Assembly (NCBI GenBank): GCA_963725855.1
Contig: CAVSAA010000003.1
Coordinates: 569,751 to 633,750, forward strand
Direction: 5' to 3'
DNA from: Candidatus Bathyarchaeota archaeon
GTDB lineage: Archaea > Thermoproteota > Bathyarchaeia > Bathyarchaeales > Bathycorpusculaceae
Length of the DNA: 64,000 bases
A program made the translations under genes and the position numbers. This document shows, piece by piece, positions 21,201 through 30,659 of this stretch. Below the pieces are notes generated by a model, which saw only the letters and a program-made list of their open reading frames with translations, was not told where the DNA came from and did not search any database. How positions within the stretch are numbered: position 1 is the stretch's first letter; each line of letters opens with the position of its first letter.

Positions 21201-21844
21201 TGGTTGCGTTCCCGTTCGAGGTCGTCGAGGCGTTTTTGTACCTCATCTATTCTGCCCATGGCAGTTCTGATGGATATGTCGGCGGCTCGAAGTTTCTCTT
21301 CCGCATCAGTTTTCTCGGAATCGTATTGGGCTATGCCTATGAGATCCTCTAAGATTTTCCTTCTTTCAAGCGCGGTTAGGTCCGTTAGTCTCGTGATTGT
21401 ACCCTGCGGGATGATGTTTTGGCTCATGCTGCTTATTGCAGCCATCGAGAGAGTTTCAGTTATGTGGGTGCGGGACATTCTGCGTCCGTTTAGACGGTAA
21501 ACACTTTGCCCGTTGCGGTAAACTTCCCTTGAAATAGTCACTGTTGTGGTATCAACCGGCATAGTGCCGTCCGTGTTGTCAAATTGGACAACTACTTTTG
21601 CCATTTTAGCTTTTTCCTGCCCTGCCTTCTCAGAACCGTGAAAAATCAGTTTTGCAGAGTTTTCTGCACGGAGCCTTTTTGTGCTAAGTTCTCCAAGCGA
21701 GAAAAGTAGGGCGTCCATAATGTTGGTTTTACCGCTTCCGTTGGGACCTGTTATGGCTGTGAATCCCTTGTCTAGGTTAACTTTGACTGTTTGTGGTCCA
21801 AAAGACTTAAAGCCTTTTAACTCGATTTTTTTTATGTAGGGCAT
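18293..21844 (-). CDS. smc: Chromosome partition protein SMC
   Basis: GFKSF, Walker A GPNGSGKTN, long coiled coils, hinge GIYGRL, signature ASGGERS and Walker B ILDEVDAHLD. Confidence 0.97.
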   Translation of the reverse strand: MPYIKKIELKGFKSFGPQTVKVNLDKGFTAITGPNGSGKTNIMDALLFSLGELSTKRLRAENSAKLIFHGSEKAGQEKAKMAKVVVQFDNTDGTMPVDTTTVTISREVYRNGQSVYRLNGRRMSRTHITETLSMAAISSMSQNIIPQGTITRLTDLTALERRKILEDLIGIAQYDSEKTDAEEKLRAADISIRTAMGRIDEVQKRLDDLERERNQLLRYNFIQIETRKFQAVKISNDITQLNTKINENTAQTLKVKERVDKLKEQRDLRRGKRHDIEGEWRKLSGEGLEQGGSEVLKVQIKVGELKSKLTELATKISSGQVSLESFKRIRENNLTQHDTLQKEIRENRLRIRSFRSELEKLKVLLAEKQVAHETLAKETAQLWGGLDGNNQQIRALDNQTQEHLKRLAYLRSEYKQDKAALRLCTGRLKNLNVRKEKFQISQVEIEKSLSELEHVQHDQKIQLKNLENTIERKKLQKETVQKEIAEAEKIASSAKDAVIEFATQRDLAATIAAEEKALRGIEEMSKVGAISGIYGRLRSLIKIDKSFKKAIEAAATGWLDALVVKDIDTAFTCFETLRRMKLGRIKIIPLQGAITIKNKSPPKREGIMGPLSSFIKYDGNFELAVHYVFGDTIVASNDKTAFALSNEGYRTVTVNGDLYEPGAFESGYYRAPIDFSTIIPSEGALKSLDEAVKALQTHLTQRGTDIVGIEEELEHAKIEITRLSDSIATLDREIIRIKRGVKRTQFNIRHIDKFGGKLEREAAAYKGRMTMFLNERNSIQGSLKKIHTDIANLRLRTDVAHIQELEVQREKLGEEANTLRQRIGSMQTEISTHQSQFDRVLRVSYKNTKIQLSRMDQQKGKLEKEVADALLEREAIKKETDELEKSRLELSKAVLSAREESKKFTSQIDSIDGELRLLDTEYEQAERLLNQLNLGAETTQLRLQNLQGQLRQFGYEQTLETNPRQVQEAETTIRMMQFEMERIGAINQLAAQHYSDQISRYRELSVRLNELEREKQAIVAFMDEIEAKKRKVFMNAFDKINISLKVYFAKLTGGGEATFKLENPEEPFSGGIDMLVQFPNKPSIVVSGASGGERSVAAVAFIFSLKEFSPAAFYILDEVDAHLDAYHTTKLAEVLLEEAEKIQFIVISLRPEMVNKAQRVYGVYERNGISNVVTAKLPQEAPH

Positions 21845-21965
21845 TTAGTCTTTATCCTCTCGGAAGCATGCGTTTTCTTTTTAACATCTCTCATCAACAT
21901 ATCTATAAAAGCTTATACATTTCTGTTTTGACCTTAATAGTATATATCGAATAATGCGACGATGT

Positions 21966-22337
21966 TTAGACTTCAATACTCTGGAATTTCTTGGGTTTTT
22001 TATATACGTGAACGACTGGTTCGCCAACGGTGATTTCGTCATGTTTTGTCCAACCAGCTTTTCCTAATGCAAGGATCTCTTCGAGAGTGGTTGCGGCTGT
22101 TGTTTCATAGTCTGTATCTTTGAAATGGATCTTTCCGATATACCTCATCGTGTTTTTTACGTTCTTATGCCCTAGCACATTTTTTTTAAGCAAAATATTG
22201 CCCTTGGATTTCCAAGCAAGCATTTTGCCTCCCCAATGACGAAAAGACCTTAGTTCAACTGATAGAATACGTGGGTTTTGCTGTAACAAGGCGACGCGCT
22301 GTTGTAAAGGTATTGCTCTTAATTTTGTTAAGTACAA
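21966..22337 (-). pseudogene. Tyrosine recombinase/integrase C-terminal remnant
   Basis: SFRH...LGH....TMRY catalytic pattern; only about 120 aa and the N-terminal domains are missing. Confidence 0.75.
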
Positions 22338-22418
22338 AATTAACTGTTTTTTTCAGTTTAAAATCTTTAAATATATAGCGTTATATCTGAATAATTAATC
22401 AACAGCAAGAAGTAGGTT

Positions 22419-22655
22419 GTGCTTCAAATGGTGCAAGCTTATATTTTATTTAATATTTCGCCGGGTTCAGAAGATCAAGTATTGAAGGATGCAAAGCTCT
22501 TTGATGGGGTACAGGAAGCATATTTTTCTTATGGCGTGTATGATTTAATAATGAAAGTAAACGCTACATCTATGGAGAACCTAAAGCAACTTATTTCATA
22601 CCGTCTTAGAACTATTAGTAATGTAAAGTCAACTCTGACTTTATTGATAACTTAA
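22419..22655 (+). CDS. Lrp/AsnC ligand-binding (RAM) domain protein
   Basis: AYILFN...YGVYDLIMKV...VKSTLTL. Confidence 0.85.
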   Translation: MLQMVQAYILFNISPGSEDQVLKDAKLFDGVQEAYFSYGVYDLIMKVNATSMENLKQLISYRLRTISNVKSTLTLLIT

Positions 22656-22919
22656 TAGTAGCCACTAAAAGGTTTGACATTTTTCGTATTTGACCCTAAA
22701 AGGGCTGATCCAATCAAACTTGGAAATTGAAGAGAATTTTGAATGAAAAGATATGCAGAAGGTCACGAATATCCTACCTATTTTGAAAGCTGCCCAATCT
22801 GTCAAAAGCCATAAAATTCTATCGAAACAAAGACAAGGGCTAAGAAAGTAAGTTACGCCCTATATGTTTGTTAAATTAATTGAGGCAGAGATTGTTATAG
22901 GTATATGGTTAATCATAAT

Positions 22920-23145
22920 TCAAGCTATCTCTTGAAGGAATGAAAATCCAGTCAAGTGAATATGGCTTCCGCAACTGTTACAGAGAATCTCCACTTCCTC
23001 TAAACCATTCTTATTGAGCTTTGGTTCTACGATTGAGTATTTCTCTTCCGGAGTCTTCAGGAGAGATCACAACGCCACATTCTGGACATGAAATATCTCC
23101 GTTTCCATCTATCTTAGTTAAATCTACTCTATGAATTTGTTTCAT
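22920..23145 (-). CDS. Small Zn-ribbon protein (one frameshift)
   Basis: MKQIHRVDLTKIDGNGDISCPECGVVISPED / EEKYSIVEPKLNKNGLEEVEILCNSCGSHIHLTGF; two CxxC motifs; 226 nt, one base too many. Confidence 0.65.
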
Positions 23146-23549
23146 CCTTCTCGCCTACTATTTTGAATTTAGGTTTTCACACTCTTTTTATATTTAAGAC
23201 TATTTGTTGGTTTTTCAAATTTATACCCAAATCTTTACCAAATTTCCATCAATCAATAGACTTCTGCTTGTAATGTTTTTGAAGTGAAATAAGTGTGGAA
23301 GTAATGCTTGCACCCATTTGGAAGAGGTGGGTTGGGGGATAGGTGCAAGCATCACACTATTTCTTCACTAAACAATAACCAAGCGCTATCTTCACTTAAC
23401 ATTTTTTGAGAAGACAACTTTACTGTTTTGCAAAGAAGAAATAGAAACTCTATCCTATTCATGGAATAACTCTAAGTGACTTAACAAACTCAAGTTTGGC
23501 TTAAACTTTTAGTGTTGCGAAAAAAAGAAAGATGGAGATTATATTTGTT

Positions 23550-23744
23550 TTATTCTTTGGTTTCAACTATTTTTGCTATTGCTGCGTTCTTCTTGACTGA
23601 TTCTATTCCATTTACGAGGCTATCCTTTGACTTGTATGCTTCGCTTACGGCAATAATTTCTCCATTAGCTGCTTTTAGTCTGAATCTAAACTTTCCTGCT
23701 TTATCACTGTACCATTCAAAAACTGGTTCTGCCATAAAAATCAC
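23550..23744 (-). CDS. YegP/DUF1508 family protein
   Basis: FRFRLKAANGEIIAVSEAY...NGIESVKKNA. Confidence 0.9.
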   Translation of the reverse strand: MIFMAEPVFEWYSDKAGKFRFRLKAANGEIIAVSEAYKSKDSLVNGIESVKKNAAIAKIVETKE

Positions 23745-24220
23745 TGGTAGTATGTCTGTTAGAATAATTATTTAAGACTTTGTGACTGAATTCTGATACT
23801 ATACTCAGTGAGAAACTTAGTTTTTACCTGAAATTAGCTCTTACGTCTCAATGCCTGTTTATGGCACTTTTTCATAAGTCTTTTAAATAATCAAAACAGA
23901 GCTTAAACCCCGTTGCACTGGATGCTTCCGATAGAACTTTAGAGCTTTCGCGTCGACTCCATAATTCAAGTTGCTTTTCTTGTTCAGCGTTTGTTCCTTA
24001 TTGTACGTGTTGCACGGTTTCCGTTGGTTTTCATGACTTTTCTTTTATCTTCTGAAAATAAAATAACCCGTCGAAACAGCGGATGCGGTGCAATAAGGAT
24101 TAAGCCCTGATTGTTCGTAAACCCTTTGAAAAATGATCCCTACACACTATTGTTCCAGTAGCACTCCAACATCTTTTCAATAAACTTAATTTCTTATTTA
24201 GTACACCGAATAATAGAGTA

Positions 24221-24257
24221 GGGTTTGCTGAGGCTCTGGAACCGAAATAGGAGAAAA
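24221..24257 (+). repeat. 36/37-bp dispersed repeat, copy B
   Basis: GGGTTTGCTGAGGCTCTGGAACCGAAATAGGAGAAAA; inverted relative to copy A at 4768-4803. Confidence 0.85.
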
Positions 24258-24309
24258 GAAAGACTGCAGATAAAAAGGTGGAATTACGGGTGATATCTCC
24301 ACTTCAGAC

Positions 24310-24326
24310 GGGGTTCAAATCCCCCC
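24310..24326 (+). other. Isolated tRNA T-arm fragment (att-like scar)
   Basis: GGGG-TTCAAAT-CCCC with no upstream cloverleaf. Confidence 0.5.
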
Positions 24327-24334
24327 AGAACAAG

Positions 24335-24532
24335 TTATGAAAACCTGCTGCCACAGTCACGGCAGAGATAACGCTGGATTTCTCCATTTCTTGTATGCCT
24401 TAACCCATCTTTCTAGTTTCTCTGACTACTGCATTCTGGGCAGTTTACGGTCTTTCGTATTGAATCAGTTTTGAGAAAGTCCTTCGAGATGATTTTGCCG
24501 CAATGAGGGCAGTTAATGATTTTTTGTTCCAA
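24335..24532 (-). pseudogene. IS1/InsA-like Zn-ribbon ORF with in-frame TAG
   Basis: LEQKIINCPHCG...VNCPECSSQRN*KDGLRHTRNGEIQRYLCRDCGSRFS; CPxC..K.G...QRY.C..C pattern. Confidence 0.65.
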
Positions 24533-25197
24533 TTTGTTTGCCTCCTTTATTGCCGAATATTAGCGCGCTTAAAAAAAGAGGAATTTTGCGGGAGATAACA
24601 AAGTTGTCACCACGTAAGTGAGTATAAAAAAGCTTATACATGTGCCACTGTTTTTATAAGTATACTTTTCAAATCTAAAACTTACGTATTTGGAAAATCT
24701 TTTTGGTTTTTGTAGAAATGCACTTGGGTTTCTGGCATTACTTCCATATTACTTTATCCAACCTGTCAAGCATGCAACTTCCAAAAATAGGTGCCTAAAA
24801 TTGGATCGCGTCAACGTTTACATTTCAGACTAACTATAATTAGAAAATACAGTTCAGGTTAAAACCGTAGAATGATTCGAGTGGCAGAAAAGGTGACTTA
24901 TCCAAGGTTGTCCAAGCAGCGGTCAAAACATGGATCAACAAAAAATACTGAAACCATCCTTCCTCAAATACTATGCAATCTAGCTACAAACCTTTTTTTA
25001 AAAAAGTTTATCAAACAATACCTGGCTACTCTGTAAACCTTATACTGCATAAAAGGCATCCACGAATTATTGGAGAGTATAAATGCAAACGATTTTGAAA
25101 TTATTTTATTCAAAAGTTCGGTTCTGAGGATAAGATGAAGTGCGGATAACTTCTTTTCGTCTATAGGCTAAATTTTTGGTAAGTCTTGATAGATTGT

Positions 25198-25482
25198 TTA
25201 AGACTGACTTACATTTGGCAGGTTCATTTTATTTGTCGCCATCAGAATTTGTTCTGTCAAAAACTCTTCCAACAAGTCAAACTCTAAACCGTAATCCATT
25301 TGCTTATGTTTGGCTACGTGATTTTTTATGGCACGGTTCATTGCCTTCAAATCAGGGACTATCAAAATTCTTAAGCCGCACACACACCTGATTGTAGGCA
25401 TTCCTTTTTGGTATTTGGCGGATTTATTTTTGCTGCCTTGTCCAGAAACATAGTTTATTTCTGCGTAGTTTTTCTTTGTCAT
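25198..25482 (-). CDS. Small hypothetical protein with CxC...H...H Zn-finger-like motif
   Basis: IRCVCGLRILIVPDLKAMNRAIKNHVAKH. Confidence 0.6.
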   Translation of the reverse strand: MTKKNYAEINYVSGQGSKNKSAKYQKGMPTIRCVCGLRILIVPDLKAMNRAIKNHVAKHKQMDYGLEFDLLEEFLTEQILMATNKMNLPNVSQS

Positions 25483-26645
25483 TTCGACTAACTCTCTTGT
25501 ACCGCTTACTTATGTTGATCTTCAGCTCATTTAAAAATTTGTGATAGGCTATAAACAATCACATTTTCAATAATTCTTTTTATTATTGGTTTTTTAAATT
25601 CATTTTTTATTATAGAACAAAATTTTATCGACAAATAGCTATATTTATTGAATCAAACAACCGCTAAGTAGCTAAGCCAACTTGGGCAGGGCAAGCTTGA
25701 GGATCCAGCATTTGAAAGACTTTGATTTTTAGCTTGTTACCTGGTGAGGCATAATTCTGAGATCTCTTTCATAATTACCTCTCAGGCATGTAGCAATAAC
25801 CCACAATCAGGCACAACTGAATCAATGAATTTAGCTTGCCCTTTCTTTGTTTGTAAGAGTCTTTTAAGATCATGGGTTTGCATATTAGGCAGGTTACACA
25901 TGGGTCATCAAAAGACAGTTGGCGATTTTAGTTATTATTAATTTGTGCGTGTGTGCCTACAGCAACAAATCTTGCCACGGCTTTAGAAGATAGCGCGAAT
26001 TTTATAATTAATTGGTCTTTTAGTCTATATTGGTAATTTGTAATATCTAAGTGACTTTAGTTTTGCAAGGAGATGGATTATATTAAAAACCGAAGTTGCA
26101 GGTACCCTGATCCTAATACACAGTTGTCATCTCCAGCGCATCGATCTGGATTTACGAGTCGCCAGTTGTTGAAACAAGCTACGTTATTGGTTACAAAGTT
26201 GGCGTTGCCACAACTTGCGATCAGATAAATGTTTATGCTCAGGCTGGTCCATTTCAACTCCTTGGAGCTGCAAGACCTCGGACGCGCGTAGGATGCGACT
26301 TAAATGTGACCAATATAGACCTTAACTTGACCAGTGACCGTACGCTTCAGTGGGTCTCAATATGGAACTCATCATGCGCCCCTTTGGATCCACCGCAAAA
26401 ATACGTGGATTATTTGATTTTCTGGAATAGCAAGTCGTAAACGGCGAAGGACGAGTAGTCGTAAGCTTTGATATCTCATCTTCCATGTTAGAGTTTAATA
26501 CTATGCTTGCGATGAATAGGCAAAGGTCCGGCTGTCAAGGGATTTGTAGTAATTAACTGAAAATGGGATTTTTGTGCAGAAAATTAATATTGTACGTTTG
26601 GTCATGAGCATTGACAGTGGTGAAGTCGAATTGAGTTTTGGGAAT

Positions 26646-26843
26646 ATGAGGGTTTTTAGTGGGATTCAAGAGGCTCTTGTTTTGGCGTTGATGCTGGTCT
26701 CAATGTTCGTTCTATTCTATGTTGATATAGATTGGGCATTCAAGATAGGTATTGTAGTGATAGTTTTCGCTATTCTTTTTTTGGCAACTTTAGCAGCTGC
26801 GCTTCTGCGGCAGCAAAGAGAAGTCAAGCGAGCCCATGCTTAG
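26646..26843 (+). CDS. Small two-TM membrane protein
   Basis: Two hydrophobic stretches followed by a basic tail; ATG at 26646. Confidence 0.55.
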   Translation: MRVFSGIQEALVLALMLVSMFVLFYVDIDWAFKIGIVVIVFAILFLATLAAALLRQQREVKRAHA

Positions 26844-27172
26844 CCACAGTAGTTTTCCACTTTAACTTTATTCTCCCTACATTGTCATGTTGTTTTGTTG
26901 ATAGTTAAAAAGAGTTTAGAAGCGTAATTGCTTCCACGCAAGAAAGATAAGCTCAAGATTCTAAGGACTCAATGACTAAACCTGCACTGCGTCGCTCCCT
27001 ATTTTCTTTGAACATGTCAAGTGTAGATGAGCTTTATCCCTGGATTTGCATCAGGTGACTTCACCCTCCTCTATAGGTCTTCATCAGTTATTTCACTGAC
27101 TTCTTTGCTTTGTATAGGAGCACAAGCAAAAACACAAATAACCTCCAGACAATTCTTTCTTGAGATACTTCC

Positions 27173-27700
27173 ATGATTGAAGGCTTCAACATCATAGCTA
27201 CCACTTCCCGTGGAAACGAACGCCCTATGATCAACGAAATCCTGTTTCTACTCAAAGACGAGTTAGGCGACACAGGAGCGCAAGCCGCCAAAACCAAAAT
27301 CCGAGGATTAATCGTGGCCAAAACCAACCTTGACCCATGTATCGTAGTTAAAGAATTCCGCAAAATCCTCACTGAACGTCCCTACGAGTTTCGATATGCG
27401 CTAAGAATATTGCCCATCCAAAGAATTGTGACGACCGAATTGTCGGAAATAAAGAAAGTTAGCGCAGAATTAGCCAAAAAAATAGGTGAAACCGAAACCT
27501 TCAGGGTTACAATTGAAAAACGTTTCACTTCTCTGCATACAAAAGATCTCATTGAGGCGGTTGTAGGCGACATTAAACAGAAAGCGGACCTTGAAAATCC
27601 AGATAAAATTTTGCTTGTCGAGGTTTTAGGTGCGTTGACAGGTTTGTCTTTGCTTGAGCCCAGCGATGTCTTGGCGGTAGTTAAAGAAAAAATGCTTTAA
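27173..27700 (+). CDS. THUMP-domain RNA-binding protein
   Basis: ETFRVTIEKR...ADLENPDKILLVEVLG. Confidence 0.88.
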   Translation: MIEGFNIIATTSRGNERPMINEILFLLKDELGDTGAQAAKTKIRGLIVAKTNLDPCIVVKEFRKILTERPYEFRYALRILPIQRIVTTELSEIKKVSAELAKKIGETETFRVTIEKRFTSLHTKDLIEAVVGDIKQKADLENPDKILLVEVLGALTGLSLLEPSDVLAVVKEKML

Positions 27701-28264
27701 CTAGAACTGAGTTGACAACAGGGCAACGCGCTCGATTACCAAGTTGGCAATTGCCCTTTCTTTAGACGAGTTTTTTTGGGTTTCAAGCTCTTCTGGGGTT
27801 ATTTTAAAGACTTTTCTGATTCTTGTCTCCTTGCCCTTCGATAAGTCAAGAACCGTTTCGTCTGGTTCACTGCCAATGCATTCTGAAATGGCTTTAACAG
27901 AGTTTCTTATTTGCCCTGGGTCGTCACCTATGATGGCTACCGCCATGTTTTTAGTTTTAGCTTTTATTCCACAACATCCTATGGCTTTCTGTATTTGACG
28001 TTGTGCTGAAGCATACAGTAGGGTCTCCATCGCTGAGCTTTTTGAATGGTTAGTTTTATTTTTGAAAGCTTGCAGGGCGTTTAGTATGGCAAAGTAGAGG
28101 TGTTCTTGAGTGGCAATTAAGTCGGCATCAAAAAACTGGATATTTACATTTTGTCCTGTTTGTTTGCGATTAGCCTTCAGGAACCCTTCTGCCTTATTGA
28201 ATGCCATTCCTCTGTAACCGGTTATTTCTATGTATTGCCCATATTCTTTTAAGTACTGCAGCAT
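27701..28264 (-). CDS. cgi121: KEOPS complex subunit Cgi121
   Basis: QFFDADLI...HL..A...A, ETLLYASAQRQI..AI and IERVAL. Confidence 0.88.
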   Translation of the reverse strand: MLQYLKEYGQYIEITGYRGMAFNKAEGFLKANRKQTGQNVNIQFFDADLIATQEHLYFAILNALQAFKNKTNHSKSSAMETLLYASAQRQIQKAIGCCGIKAKTKNMAVAIIGDDPGQIRNSVKAISECIGSEPDETVLDLSKGKETRIRKVFKITPEELETQKNSSKERAIANLVIERVALLSTQF

Positions 28265-28265
28265 G

Positions 28266-28856
28266 TTAGGTTTCCTTCTGTATGTCTTTTAGTAGTTTTT
28301 CCGCCAACAGTTTCGGCAAGCCTGCTTTTACCAGTTTTGCAACTTCTTTGTTCAAATTCCGTTTGCCCAGTTGACGTTGGTTGATCTTTCTTAGTGTTTC
28401 TTTGGTGTCCCAGGGGAACACAACCCACGCAGAAGCATATTTTTCGTAAAAGTCTGGGATCGTTATTGACTGAGGCTTTAGGTATATAGTAGCGGTTTTG
28501 GTTTCGAGGGCACCTTGCTGGTGTAGATGTGTTTGAGCGAGTTTTAGGCTTCGGCCTGTGTCGGCTATGTCGTCGACTAACAGCACCCTTTTGTCCTCGA
28601 TGGGTGCGGTCAAAGTCTGTTTTAGATATGGTTGCAAGATTGGCTGGGCGATGTCTTGATAGAAGGATATCTGGATTGTGTCGAGCTCCGGGGTTTCCAG
28701 TAGGTCAGTTAAGATGCGGGCAGGAACTAAGCCGCCTCTTGAGACACCAATAACTATGTCGGCTTTGTAGTCTTGGACCAGAATTTTTTGGGCTTGGCAA
28801 AGGAGCATGTCGTAGATTTGGCTCCATGTTGGAACTTCATAGTCGATATCCGCCAA
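28266..28856 (-). CDS. Type I phosphoribosyltransferase (purine salvage-like)
   Basis: SRGGLVPA, PRPP loop VLLVDDIADTGRSL and WVVFPW. Confidence 0.88.
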   Translation of the reverse strand: MADIDYEVPTWSQIYDMLLCQAQKILVQDYKADIVIGVSRGGLVPARILTDLLETPELDTIQISFYQDIAQPILQPYLKQTLTAPIEDKRVLLVDDIADTGRSLKLAQTHLHQQGALETKTATIYLKPQSITIPDFYEKYASAWVVFPWDTKETLRKINQRQLGKRNLNKEVAKLVKAGLPKLLAEKLLKDIQKET

Positions 28857-29117
28857 GCTCTTATCCTCCTGTAGAGAAGTATCCAGTTTCTGGGTCTGTT
28901 AAGCCTTTCGACGGCACAACTTCTTCATGCAATTTAAATCCAACATATTTTTTTCCATTTAGCTATTTAACAGTTTTTTGTGCATCCTATTCGATGTTTG
29001 CCTTGGGTTTTGTTGTTTCTTGATTTGTTTTTTGCTTGCTTGGTTGCATATTTATTAAGGTGGACTTGCAATTTGGTTATTCGGGAGATAGGCGTCTGGA
29101 GATATGTGTCGCATTTC

Positions 29118-29130
29118 GTAATATAGTTTA
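29118..29130 (+). promoter_or_regulatory. 13-bp motif GTAATATAGTTTA upstream of the wHTH gene
   Basis: Identical copy at 29600-29612 upstream of the pilin gene; both copies are followed shortly by AGACGT. Confidence 0.5.
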
Positions 29131-29180
29131 AATGCTTAGACGTCTTTTCCAATAACTAACAACGAAAGGAGACTTGAAAA

Positions 29181-29516
29181 ATGGTGAAGAATGTGGAAGA
29201 AGAAAAAATAAAACGCGTGCTCACAGAGCCCAAGTTGGCTGCAATAAAAACAATGCTCGAAAAAGACCACGCTATCGACTGCCTGTTATTGCTCCATACT
29301 AGTCGTGGCAAATGGAAGGACGCTAAAGACTTCATGAAAGACAACAACTTGACGCTCAGCGATGGCACCTTTAGGGCTAGAATGATTGAAATCGAATCCT
29401 TGGGTTTAGCTAAGAGTGAACGTATCGATCCACTCAAGAAATATTACGTTAAGACCGCCCTTGGGGAAAAAGTAGCTAATCTTCTTCTCGGCTTCTTTGA
29501 CGAGCTTGGAGTTTAA
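29181..29516 (+). CDS. Winged-helix DNA-binding protein
   Basis: LSDGTFRARMIEIESLGL...YYVKTALGEKV, an HTH-plus-wing pattern. Confidence 0.7.
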   Translation: MVKNVEEEKIKRVLTEPKLAAIKTMLEKDHAIDCLLLLHTSRGKWKDAKDFMKDNNLTLSDGTFRARMIEIESLGLAKSERIDPLKKYYVKTALGEKVANLLLGFFDELGV

Positions 29517-29599
29517 AGTTTTTTATTTTGGGTGGCTTTTACCTTTTTCTTTCTTTTATTGATTTTTAACTCTTTCTTGTAGTTTTGTTCTACATAACT

Positions 29600-29612
29600 G
29601 TAATATAGTTTA
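29600..29612 (+). promoter_or_regulatory. Second copy of GTAATATAGTTTA upstream of the pilin gene
   Basis: Exact match to 29118-29130. Confidence 0.5.
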
Positions 29613-29682
29613 GTAAGACGTAATACTTAAAAGAACGAATTCGCCGATAAGTATAACAACCTACAAGAAGGAAAAAAGAAAA

Positions 29683-30111
29683 ATGAACACATACTTAAGA
29701 AAAATAAAGAAAAACTCAAAAGCCCTCAGCCCCGTCATCGCATCAATCATCTTAATCGCTGTCACAGTCGCAGTCAGTGTCGTCGTCGCAGCATGGATGG
29801 GCGGAATGACCATTGGTCTGATGGGAAACGCAGAACAGGCATCGATTGCAAATATTGCATTCACGGCACCCAGAACAATAAACGTTTTGATACAAAACTC
29901 AGGTAGTACAACTGTAAATATTACTCAGGCGTATGTCAATGGAGCAGGCGCAACTATTACCAATGCAGAACCCTGGTCAGTGGATAAATCTAGCGCAGAA
30001 ACATTTACCGTTACCGCATCAGCTGATTTAGCTGCAGGCACCTCATATCAAATCAAATTGATCACTGCAAAAGGCACTCAAATTCAAAACTCTGCAGTAT
30101 ACAACCCTTAA
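29683..30111 (+). CDS. Archaeal type IV pilin / archaellin-like protein
   Basis: Class III signal peptide: basic leader, KA|LSPVIASIILIAVTVAVSVVVAAW, then an Ig-like beta domain. Confidence 0.9.
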   Translation: MNTYLRKIKKNSKALSPVIASIILIAVTVAVSVVVAAWMGGMTIGLMGNAEQASIANIAFTAPRTINVLIQNSGSTTVNITQAYVNGAGATITNAEPWSVDKSSAETFTVTASADLAAGTSYQIKLITAKGTQIQNSAVYNP

Positions 30112-30208
30112 ATTCTTTCTTTCAAATTTAGACTTTCGGGGTAAGGTGAAGCATGCATTCACCCAACTTTCCTTTTTCTCTTTTAAAAAAAATATTGGAG
30201 TTTAAATC

Positions 30209-30634
30209 ATGGTAACACAAATCAAAGAATACACATCAGCCCAAGCAATAGCTGACGCAATGGACAAACAGCTCTCAGAAACCAAAAGCGTATTGGGCGA
30301 GTACCTACGCAAACTTGATGAAATCCGCATGTTGGCGGAAAAGTCAAAAAAAGTCCGTGAGGTTGTCATGAGGTTGGCAGGCAAAAGAGCCCCAACTGAA
30401 AATACAAGCGAAATCACGGTAGGCACACTAAACATTGTTTTGGATGCTAGCCCATCCCACGAGCTAATTGCTATAGAATCAGTTGTACGCAGTCACCAAG
30501 AACGGTTGCTGGTTTTACAAAAGGTACGTGAAGCGCTCAAGTGGCTTGACCAACTTGGTGACACGGAAGGCCTCAAGTATCTTGTGGTGGAAAACGATGG
30601 CATTCCAGAACGTATCCTATTCAAAATATCTTAA
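30209..30634 (+). CDS. Coiled-coil hypothetical protein
   Basis: 141-aa ORF with SD-like GGAG; two helical/coiled-coil segments and a beta-rich end (YLVVENDGIPERILF). Confidence 0.75.
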   Translation: MVTQIKEYTSAQAIADAMDKQLSETKSVLGEYLRKLDEIRMLAEKSKKVREVVMRLAGKRAPTENTSEITVGTLNIVLDASPSHELIAIESVVRSHQERLLVLQKVREALKWLDQLGDTEGLKYLVVENDGIPERILFKIS

Positions 30635-30659
30635 AACCTAAGGAAAGGAGTACACGACA

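Noticed and set aside
20000-21844. SMC treated as a defence (Wadjet-like) system
   Set aside because: Canonical hinge-containing SMC with ScpA/ScpB in housekeeping context and no JetD-like nuclease nearby
24335-24532. In-frame TAG read as pyrrolysine (also the TAG in rps11 near 825)
   Set aside because: The codon sits where Trp/Tyr is plausible in a decayed island, the rps11 TAG coincides with an indel, and no pyl genes are in the window
27040-27090. Possible C/D box sRNA on the minus strand (TGATGA...CTGA)
   Set aside because: Box spacing is short, there are no clear internal C'/D' boxes and no target could be verified
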